A program made the translations under genes and the position numbers. Positions 17,115-24,060 of a stretch of 24,060 nucleotides of DNA are shown piece after piece. The notes under the pieces were generated by a model. It was not told the DNA's origin. It did no database searches and saw only the letters and a list, made by a program, of their open reading frames with translations. The stretch spans positions 1 to 24,060 of the forward strand of contig CAYSPQ010000001.1 in assembly GCA_964432965.1 (NCBI GenBank), in the 5' to 3' direction. The stretch comes from an uncultured Desulfohalobiaceae bacterium. GTDB lineage: Bacteria > Desulfobacterota > Desulfovibrionia > Desulfovibrionales > Desulfothermaceae. Every line of letters starts with the position of its first letter. Within the stretch, counting starts at the first letter, position 1.

Positions 17115-17813
17115 TCATGGCCCCTTCCCCTGCGGCCCGGGAGGAGAGGACTCGTAAAGCAGGCCGTCCTGCAAGGACAACACCCTGGACTGGGGGACTT
17201 CCTCCAACAAGTGCCTGTCGTGCGTGGCCAGAAGAATGGTGGTCCCGAACTGGTTGAACTGGATGAGTATCTGCAGGAGGCGCCGAGAAAGATCCTCGTC
17301 CAGATTGCCCGTGGGCTCGTCGGACAAGAGCAGCCTGGGATTGGTTACCACTGCCCTGGCTATGGCCACCCGCTGCTGCTCACCCCCGGAGAGCTTGCCG
17401 CACAACAGATCCTGCCTGTTCTGCAACCCGAGAACCCTGCTGATCACATTGGCCCTGCGCTCCATTTGAGGCCTGGGGATGCCCTTGACCATTAACGGGA
17501 GTATGATGTTCTCCCGCACCGTTTTGCCGGACAGGACCTTGAATTCCTGGAAGACAACGCTCACCGCACGCCGCAGCTTGGGCACCTGCCTCCTTTTCAG
17601 TTTTCCCAGGTCGAATCCGGCCACGCTGGATCTGCCCCTTTGCAGGGAATATGCGCCGTGCAGGATGCGCAGCAGGGTGGTCTTGCCCGCCCCGGAAGGG
17701 CCGAAGAGGAAGACGAATTCCCCCGGTTGTATCTCGAAGGAAACGTTTTTGAGCACCCAGTGCGAGCCAAAGGCGTGGGAAACGTGCTCAAGGCTTAGCA
17801 TCGGCTGATTCAA
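17115..17813 (-). CDS. ftsE: Cell-division ABC ATPase FtsE
   Basis: [27 protein letters not shown] and [13 protein letters not shown] lies 6 nt before the TTG at 17813; adjacent to ftsX. Confidence 0.88.
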   Translation of the reverse strand: MNQPMLSLEHVSHAFGSHWVLKNVSFEIQPGEFVFLFGPSGAGKTTLLRILHGAYSLQRGRSSVAGFDLGKLKRRQVPKLRRAVSVVFQEFKVLSGKTVRENIILPLMVKGIPRPQMERRANVISRVLGLQNRQDLLCGKLSGGEQQRVAIARAVVTNPRLLLSDEPTGNLDEDLSRRLLQILIQFNQFGTTILLATHDRHLLEEVPQSRVLSLQDGLLYESSPPGPQGKGP

Positions 17814-18834
17814 TCCGCTCTCCTTCCCGCAGGTTGCTGACGCGGAAGCCGTCTCCGCTGCGTATTGCTTCCCTTAATTCCTCCTGAGTCACACTTGCCG
17901 CACCTACCCTCTCCACAACCTTGCCCGCGGCCACATTGGCCAGGACACAAGCGTGGAGCGGATCCATACCGCCCAGCATAGCCAGGGAGGAGACTGCCAC
18001 TACAGTATCTCCGGCGCCGGTAACATCGAAGACATGCCTAGCATGGGTGGCAATCTGCCAGACTGCACCCTGCTGGTCGAAAAGGAGCATACCTTCCTGA
18101 CCCAAAGTAAGAAGCAAATTGTCCGCCTGGCACGCATCCTTTATCCAGTCCCCTGCACGAATCATCTCTTCCGCGCTGTTCAGGGGAGCTCCCCAGATAC
18201 GTTCCGCCTCCTTCCGGTTGGGAGTGATGAGCTCCGCGGCAGGATAATTAGGGAAATTCTCCGGTTTGGGATCAATGAATATACGGGGCTTCGTCCCTTC
18301 GGCCCGGGCAAGGCCGGTCAGCACTTGCTTGGACAGAGTTCCCTTGTTGTAGTCGGAAAGGATCAGGGAAAGTGAGCCTTGCTGCAGGCAGTGACCGGCA
18401 GCCTGCACTGTTTGCTCCGCTGCGGGGTTCTCGCCGGCATCCTCCCTGTCTATTCGCATCATTTGCTGACTCTGGGCTATCACCCTGGTCTTGTGTGTAG
18501 TGGCCAGGCTCGGAACTTCCACAATGCAGTCCCGGATCCCCTCTTGTTCCAGCAGCAAGCGGATTCTCCTCAGGGAGTCGGTATTGCCGCAGCAGCCCAC
18601 CAGATCCACCCCCGCTCCCAAGGATACAACATTGCGGGCCACATTTGCCGCTCCACCCAGCTTGTATTCCTCTCTCTCCACTCGCACCACAGGCACTGGA
18701 GCCTCGGGAGAAATACGTTCCACGCTGCCGAACTGGTAGTGATCCAACATCACGTCTCCGAGCACCGCAGTTCTGATTTCGGACAATCCCCGCAATCCGG
18801 AGATAAGCCTTCTCAGATCCACTGTCCGGGTCAT
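17788..18834 (-). CDS. rfaE1: D-glycero-beta-D-manno-heptose-7-phosphate kinase (RfaE domain I / HldA, PfkB family)
   Basis: GDVMLDHY..G.VERISPEAPVPV, GGAANVA, LSDYNKG, DPK, ITPN and DVTGAGDT. No adenylyltransferase domain is fused. Confidence 0.92.
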   Translation of the reverse strand: MTRTVDLRRLISGLRGLSEIRTAVLGDVMLDHYQFGSVERISPEAPVPVVRVEREEYKLGGAANVARNVVSLGAGVDLVGCCGNTDSLRRIRLLLEQEGIRDCIVEVPSLATTHKTRVIAQSQQMMRIDREDAGENPAAEQTVQAAGHCLQQGSLSLILSDYNKGTLSKQVLTGLARAEGTKPRIFIDPKPENFPNYPAAELITPNRKEAERIWGAPLNSAEEMIRAGDWIKDACQADNLLLTLGQEGMLLFDQQGAVWQIATHARHVFDVTGAGDTVVAVSSLAMLGGMDPLHACVLANVAAGKVVERVGAASVTQEELREAIRSGDGFRVSNLREGERIESADAKP

Positions 18835-19781
18835 GAGCTAGAGCCGCCCTGTGTTTCACGTGAAACATCGTTTTCTTCCAGACCCAACCCCCGCAGCAAC
18901 TGTTCCAGCTCCTGCCTGGAAGCATAGGAAAAGGAAATGGTTCCCTTGTCCGGGGATCCGCGGACAGTTACCGGGATCTGGAAGCGCTCTCCGATTATTT
19001 GTTGAATCCTTTTTTTGATTTTGCCAAATTCTTCCTCTTTGTTGCGATGAGAGGAAACCGCCTTGTTGCTGGCGAGCTTGGTCGGCAGGGAGCCGTGTTC
19101 CCTCCAATAGGCAACCACGGATTCCAACTCCCTTATGGTCAGCCTGTCCTCGAGCAGGAGCTGAAAGACCTCCAGCCTTGTCCGACTGTCCTCTATGGCC
19201 AGAAGATTGCGTGCCTGGCTAGGGCCTATGCGTCCCTCTCTGATCGCCTCCAGGATTTCCGACTCCAGCTTCAATAGGCGTAGGCTGTTGGCTATGCTGG
19301 ACCTGCTCTTACCCACCCTCTTGGACAACTCCTCCTGAGATGCACCGGTCAGCTCCTGCAATCCCAGCAGGCCTTCCGCCTCTTCCACCGCATTGAGGTC
19401 TTGACGCTGTAGATTCTCCGCAAGGGCCAGAACCATGGCCTCGGAATCGGAAAGATTGTAAACTATGGCCGGGACCCTCTCCATTTGGGCAATCTTGCAG
19501 GCTCTCCAGCGCCTCTCCCCGGCAATTATCTGGTAAGAGTGGGAATCCTGAGGGGCTGGGCGGACAAGCAGCGGTTGAAGCAGGCCCTGCTCACTGATAG
19601 ATTGGGCAAGCTCCCGCAGGGACTGGGAGGAAAAATCCTTGCGTGGCTGATTGGGGTGCGGCCTTAGGCAATCCACGGAGATCAGCTCATAGGCTTGCCC
19701 CGACTCGTCCGATCGCGCTTCTGTGCCTCTGGAAAAAAGGGCGTCCAGCCCGCGCCCCAATCCCTTGTTGCCGGCTGCCAT
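18831..19781 (-). CDS. parB: Chromosome partitioning protein ParB/Spo0J
   Basis: KGLGRGLDAL, PNQPRK, GLLQPLLVR, IIAGERRWRA (CTPase box), ENLQRQDLNAVEEA and the HTH SQEELSKRVGKSRSSIANSLRLL. RBS AGGAGG. Confidence 0.96.
   Translation of the reverse strand: MAAGNKGLGRGLDALFSRGTEARSDESGQAYELISVDCLRPHPNQPRKDFSSQSLRELAQSISEQGLLQPLLVRPAPQDSHSYQIIAGERRWRACKIAQMERVPAIVYNLSDSEAMVLALAENLQRQDLNAVEEAEGLLGLQELTGASQEELSKRVGKSRSSIANSLRLLKLESEILEAIREGRIGPSQARNLLAIEDSRTRLEVFQLLLEDRLTIRELESVVAYWREHGSLPTKLASNKAVSSHRNKEEEFGKIKKRIQQIIGERFQIPVTVRGSPDKGTISFSYASRQELEQLLRGLGLEENDVSRETQGGSSS
18852..18867. promoter_or_regulatory. parS: parS centromere-like site
   Basis: Perfect 16-bp palindrome TGTTTCACGTGAAACA, identical to the canonical parS consensus, located in the 3' end of parB (encoding DVSRETQ). 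Confidence 0.93.
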
Positions 19782-20278
19782 TAACTCCTCCTGCCTTGCG
19801 GATAATTTTACCCTGAATCCAGTGCTTGCCAGTCACCAAATTGGTTAAAAGAAGGCCAAAATACTGGAATTTACTTCGGGTGCCTTAGACTCAAAAACTG
19901 CACTAGAGTTCCACGATTTGGAGAAAGGTGTTGAAGCTACATCTTTTACCCATGCTCTTTGCCCGGCCGAATAAATCTATTGCGATACTGGCAAAGAGAT
20001 ATCCGAATGCAACCCATAATATCGGCCAAACTTGAATCTTAACCGGTACTCGAGGGTGTTGGCAAGCCCATACGGTCGAGGCACGCATGGCAAACCGGGA
20101 AACACGCCTTAAAGCTAGGACCTTCTCAGCTGGTATTGCCCGGGATCTCGATGTTAGGCCCTAGCTGGACTTCTGATCACCACTCTAGCTAACATGAAGA
20201 AAAAACGGGGACAGCTCTCATCTTGAGGATTCCTTGCGCTCCGTGAATCCAGCATGAAGGCTGTCAAAAAGGAGCTTT

Positions 20279-20698
20279 ATGCGAGCAGAGAACGCTTACG
20301 TCCAGGATATCTACGATAGGAACGGGACTCTTTTGGGACTGTTCGTCAGTGCACAGATGTGGGAAAAAATTAAGGGCGAGGTCGCCCCGGTTATTCAAAG
20401 GGAACTGGACAGGGAGGAAAGGAGCGAGGAGAGGGAGCCACCCGAACCATTGCAGGATTGGGAAAAGCTAAAGCAGACCTGGGGATTCGACTATGCGGTG
20501 GATTACGACGTTCATTGCCGGTATTGCGGCAGCGAGACAGGTAATTGGCAAGAGGACGAGCCGCGAAAGTTCTTTCTAAAAGCCGCCAGCATTAGCGGAT
20601 TGGTCTCCTTCGAGTGCATGAGCTGCCACTCCCGCATAACGAAAAAACACTTTAAGCAGAAAATCGTGGTGGAAACCACCCCGCCCCAAAAGGGATAA
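20279..20698 (+). CDS. Hypothetical Zn-ribbon protein (CxxC...CxxC) between parB and parA
   Basis: Strong RBS (AAGGAG) and a 139-aa ORF with CRYC and CMSC. Recalled as a conserved Desulfovibrionales hypothetical at this locus (not verified). Confidence 0.85.
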   Translation: MRAENAYVQDIYDRNGTLLGLFVSAQMWEKIKGEVAPVIQRELDREERSEEREPPEPLQDWEKLKQTWGFDYAVDYDVHCRYCGSETGNWQEDEPRKFFLKAASISGLVSFECMSCHSRITKKHFKQKIVVETTPPQKG

Positions 20699-20742
20699 GC
20701 TAGCTCCATATTTAGCCAAGGAAGATGCAACTGCAAAAATTC

Positions 20743-20790
20743 AAAATCAGGTAATGCTTTCGGATTAAAGCACTCTAAATGGTTGATTTT
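20743..20790. terminator. Imperfect hairpin downstream of the Zn-ribbon gene
   Basis: AAAATCA...TGCTTT-CGGATT-AAAGCA...TGATTTT in a convergent intergenic region. Confidence 0.35.
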
Positions 20791-20804
20791 TCGGCTTTCT
20801 ATCT

Positions 20805-20901
20805 TCTGTCATCTGTCTTCTGCGTCTGCAAAAAAACATTTTGCAGACGCATCAAGGAAGCGATACCGCCATCGGACAAGTGACTTGTCCAGGTGCAATT
20901 C
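20805..20901. repeat. Dispersed palindromic intergenic repeat, copy 2
   Basis: Same orientation as copy 1. Stem TGCGTCTGCAAAA-AAACA-TTTTGCAGACGCA (20821-20851), followed by a second conserved block at 20879-20901. Confidence 0.8.
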
Positions 20902-20969
20902 ATCTTTTTTCTCTCTTCCATAGAGGTAGCTGTACATATTTTTTGCCACTGTTGAAGCAGGATAAGACA

Positions 20970-21725
20970 CTAGCCCGCTATCTCCCGGGCAAGCTCCAGA
21001 TAAGCCTGGCTGCCCTTGGACCGGTAATCGTAGCAAATGACCGGAAGCCCATGGCTGGGTGCCTCGGACAAGCGAACGTTTCTGGGAATGACAGACTGAA
21101 ACACCTTGTTCCGAAAGTGGCTTACAACTTCCTGCTCTATCTGTCCGGTAAGCTTGTTCCTGCGATCGTACATGGTCAGAAGAACCCCGAACAGTTCCAG
21201 ATGCGAATTGAGTCGGTTCTGGACTAACTGCTGGGTTTGCAGAAGGTGGGCAATGCCTTCCAGTGCATAGTACTCGCATTGCAGGGGTATAAAAAGCCCG
21301 TTTGCGGCGCTCAGGGCATTTATGGTCAATAGACCCAGGGAGGGAGGGCAGTCCAGAAAAACGTAGTCATAGTCCTTGGCAATATCGCGTAAGGAATTGC
21401 GCAAATAGTATTCGCGCTCCTGTCGATCCACAAGCTCAAGCTCGGATGCGACAAGATCCTGGCAGGAGGGAATCAGATGGAGATAATCCAGGATGGTTTC
21501 CTGGATCACTTTGCGCCCCAGCTCTGGATGGAAGAGAAGGCCGTAGACGGTTTCCCGCGAGGATGCGGGTGAGATGTTCAGTCCGCTGGTGGCGTTGGCT
21601 TGGGGATCACAGTCAACCAGAAGAACATTCTTCTCCATTACAGCCAGGGAAGCGGCAAGGTTTATGGCGCTGGTGGTCTTGCCCACACCGCCTTTTTGAT
21701 TGGCCACTGCGATCACTTGCGGCAT
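20970..21725 (-). CDS. parA: Chromosome partitioning ATPase ParA/Soj
   Basis: [51 protein letters not shown] and [14 protein letters not shown]. Confidence 0.97.
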   Translation of the reverse strand: MPQVIAVANQKGGVGKTTSAINLAASLAVMEKNVLLVDCDPQANATSGLNISPASSRETVYGLLFHPELGRKVIQETILDYLHLIPSCQDLVASELELVDRQEREYYLRNSLRDIAKDYDYVFLDCPPSLGLLTINALSAANGLFIPLQCEYYALEGIAHLLQTQQLVQNRLNSHLELFGVLLTMYDRRNKLTGQIEQEVVSHFRNKVFQSVIPRNVRLSEAPSHGLPVICYDYRSKGSQAYLELAREIAG

Positions 21726-21782
21726 AAAACCTCGGCACGGGAAAATCGGGGCATCTTGCCAGTAAAGCGAGAGCGAGCTCGG

Positions 21783-22073
21783 CTAATCCCGGAAAGAACG
21801 GTGACAGAAGTTCCTGGAATCCTCCAGGGAGGCGACTATCTGGACAATCTCCTCGAGATTGTCGTTTTTTACTTCCTGAAGCAATTGGTGGACCAACTGC
21901 ATGAAGTCATCGGCTTCCTCCGCCCACTCCTCATCAGCCCTGTTCTGAAAGAAGGAGCAACAGCGGGAGAATTGCTTGACCTCCTCCGGGTCAGGAGCAC
22001 TGCCTTCCTGGACCTGTTCCTGAATGGAGGAAAAGAGCCGATCGATTTCCTGCTTCAACTCCTTGAACTGCAT
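21783..22073 (-). CDS. Small acidic helical protein resembling the XXXCH domain family (cytochrome c'-like bundle lacking CxxCH)
   Basis: RBS GGAGGAGG; all-helical pattern; the C-terminal ...SRNFCHRSFRD has xxxCH. Family match is recalled (TIGR04358-type), not searched. Confidence 0.7.
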   Translation of the reverse strand: MQFKELKQEIDRLFSSIQEQVQEGSAPDPEEVKQFSRCCSFFQNRADEEWAEEADDFMQLVHQLLQEVKNDNLEEIVQIVASLEDSRNFCHRSFRD

Positions 22074-22212
22074 TCACCTCCTCCGCTTGGACAGGGGTCA
22101 GCACCATAAGTGCAGATCCTCCGGTCATGCACAGCTTTTCCTTAACACGTTTCAGGGCCTGTATCCCTTTATGCAAGATAAAATCCCGCATCAACCCCAA
22201 GGGCATTATCTA

Positions 22213-22815
22213 TTATTGAGCATTGCTACTGTCTGAAATGGGAAGAGACTTGAGCCTGTTCCAGACAAAATTTTTGGCTCTGCGATTGTCCGGTAACATA
22301 TCCATGGGATCGGGCAACTCGAAAAACAGAATTCCCTCGTGCTCGTATTTTTCATAGCGGGGCGTGTGCTCCGGAAAAAGGGCTTTAGCCGCTCTTGCTC
22401 CGAAGAACAGGACATATTCCGGCTTCAGTGCCTTTATGCCCGCCCAGAAAAGCTCGCGGTCGGGCACTATACCTTTCTCGCTACTGCGGCTCAAGGGCCA
22501 GAAAGCGTATTCCCCCTCCGGCCAATTAAGGCTCTGCAGAATCTTCTGGAAAAGGGTTGCGCGTGAGGCTGCCTCGGAATCCTGGCCAGTCTCCACATCT
22601 AGGCACAGATGCCAATAAGTGAGCACTACGCGACAGGGAGGGTCACAACGTTGCAGCCGGGCTAGCCAGAATTCGTCCATCTGTGGAATTTCCGAAGAGT
22701 CGCAGCTTTCTTCCCTTGTTCCGGGCCCAGACAACTTCAGGATGTAGTGCAGGCCGCTACGATAAAAGGGAAGCAATCCCGGAGCCACTTTCAATTGGGC
22801 AAGATCCAGTCCCAT
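22213..22815 (-). CDS. Hypothetical protein, probable degenerate uracil-DNA-glycosylase-like fold
   Basis: 200-aa ORF overlapping the coaBC stop by 25 nt. The segments LFQKILQSL, KPEYVLFFGARAAKAL and LPDPMDML...KNFVWNRL follow the family-4 UDG layout without its catalytic motifs. Confidence 0.7.
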   Translation of the reverse strand: MGLDLAQLKVAPGLLPFYRSGLHYILKLSGPGTREESCDSSEIPQMDEFWLARLQRCDPPCRVVLTYWHLCLDVETGQDSEAASRATLFQKILQSLNWPEGEYAFWPLSRSSEKGIVPDRELFWAGIKALKPEYVLFFGARAAKALFPEHTPRYEKYEHEGILFFELPDPMDMLPDNRRAKNFVWNRLKSLPISDSSNAQ

Positions 22816-24011
22816 ATGCGCCAGCCTATATCAGACTTTGCTGAGCTTATCAGACTGCTGCTTCCGGAATGTCCATCCAGAAGGAGGACGGTGTTCTTGT
22901 CCGAAGCAAAGCCGCTGTCTTCCACGTCCACACTATTGGCCACAATCAAGTCCAAGTTCTTTGTCTCCAGCTTTTTTCTGGCTGAAGACTCCAGTGTTGC
23001 CTCATTTTCCGCAGCAAAACCCACCAGCTTCTGCCCCTTTTCCTTGTTCCGGCCCAGGGAAAGTAGTATATCCGGATTCTCGGAAAAGGGGATCTGTATC
23101 TGCCCGTTCTGGATACCTTCCTTCTTGAACTTCTCCCTTTGAAAACCTGCAGGACGCAAATCGCATACGGCAGCGCAAAGGCAGGCGATATTCATCCCGG
23201 GCCACAGCTCATGGCAAATGGAGTACATCTGTCTTGCGCTCAGTACAGGATACTGCTTGACTTCGGCAGGCAAATATACGTCACTTGGCCCGCAAACGCA
23301 ATGCACATCAGCCCCCCTGAGCCAGGCGGCAGTGGCTATGGCCGCTCCCATTTTGCCCGAGGAGGGATTGGACCAGAAGCGAACGGGATCGAAATATTCT
23401 TGAGTAGGGCCCAGTGTGACCAATACGGAAGAGCCTTGCATATCCTGCGGTGCCAGGGCCCGCAAAAGGTGCAAGTAGATCTCCTCCAGAGGGGGCAGCC
23501 TTCCCTCTCCTGTCTCCCCACAGGCAACATCTCCGGAAAGCGGCTGAAGAACTGGAATTCCCCTCTGGCGTAGCACAGACACATTGGATTGTGTGGCAGA
23601 AGCCTTCCACATGTTGGGATTCATGGCGGGAGCAACCAAAACGGGACCGGGGAAGGCCAGCACCTGGCAGGATAAAAGATCGTTGGCCATTCCCCAGCTC
23701 ATTTTGGCCAGGAAATTGGCTGTGGCAGGGGCGACAAGCAGGGCGTCACATTGCTGGGCGGGTCTTAAATGGGGGAACACTTCTTCCTGGGTGAAAAGCG
23801 AGCTACCCACAGGATCCGCTCCCAGGGCACGCAATGAGGTCTCGGTAACGAACCGGGAGCCCGCCTCGGTTAAACTGGCGCTTACGGCGATATCCGCCTG
23901 TATTAGAGAGCGACACAAGTCCAAGCTCTTGTAGGCTGCCACACTGCCGGTTAGGCCCAAATGCACCCTGCTACCGGCAAAATAGGGAAAGCGATACAGG
24001 GGTGTGTCCAT
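22791..24011 (-). CDS. coaBC: Bifunctional phosphopantothenoylcysteine decarboxylase/synthetase
   Basis: GSVAAYK, APATANFLAK, APAMNPNM and VACGETGEGRL (CoaC); VTLGPT.EYFDPVRFWSNPSSGKMG, AAVCD and VGFAAE (CoaB). Confidence 0.97.
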   Translation of the reverse strand: MDTPLYRFPYFAGSRVHLGLTGSVAAYKSLDLCRSLIQADIAVSASLTEAGSRFVTETSLRALGADPVGSSLFTQEEVFPHLRPAQQCDALLVAPATANFLAKMSWGMANDLLSCQVLAFPGPVLVAPAMNPNMWKASATQSNVSVLRQRGIPVLQPLSGDVACGETGEGRLPPLEEIYLHLLRALAPQDMQGSSVLVTLGPTQEYFDPVRFWSNPSSGKMGAAIATAAWLRGADVHCVCGPSDVYLPAEVKQYPVLSARQMYSICHELWPGMNIACLCAAVCDLRPAGFQREKFKKEGIQNGQIQIPFSENPDILLSLGRNKEKGQKLVGFAAENEATLESSARKKLETKNLDLIVANSVDVEDSGFASDKNTVLLLDGHSGSSSLISSAKSDIGWRIWDWILPN

Positions 24012-24060
24012 ACTGTTCCCCGTTTAGCTAAAAGGTCTTGACTTGCAGGAGAATATATAA

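Noticed and set aside
20088-20125. GGCAAACCGGGAAAC-ACGC...AAAGCT resembling a c-di-GMP-I riboswitch
   Set aside because: P1 cannot close, GACGCAAA is broken and no P2 receptor helix forms.
19782-20278. oriC in the AT-richer gap next to parB
   Set aside because: Only one degenerate DnaA box, no box cluster, no unwinding-element repeats, and no dnaA or dnaN in the window.
3538-20901. CRISPR interpretation of the palindromic repeat
   Set aside because: There are only two copies, 17 kb apart, with no spacer array and no cas genes.

Overview
A 24-kb chromosomal window, most likely from a sulfate-reducing Desulfobacterota (Desulfovibrionales-like) bacterium; the very acidic extracytoplasmic proteins hint at a salt-adapted host. 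About 5.57-24.06 kb is core genome: the minus-strand hisS-aspS-def-fmt-DUF116-rsmB operon, divergent mobB-moeA, the minus-strand parB-hldA(rfaE1)-ftsE-ftsX-ilvD operon with a perfect parS site inside parB, a Zn-ribbon gene separating parA from parB, an XXXCH-type helical protein, a degenerate UDG-fold protein and coaBC. The first 5.5 kb looks accessory: the end of a universal stress protein, a ComB-family phosphatase, an amino-DNA methyltransferase paired with an ERCC4/XPF nuclease carrying a winged-HTH tail (the best candidate for an undescribed RM-like defence module), a hairpin-rich intergenic region, a CNT nucleoside transporter and a lipoprotein monoheme cytochrome c. A ~100-bp palindromic repeat occurs twice, 17 kb apart. 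No rRNA, tRNA, CRISPR array or transposase was seen. All family assignments come from motif reading and recalled family knowledge; no searches were run.
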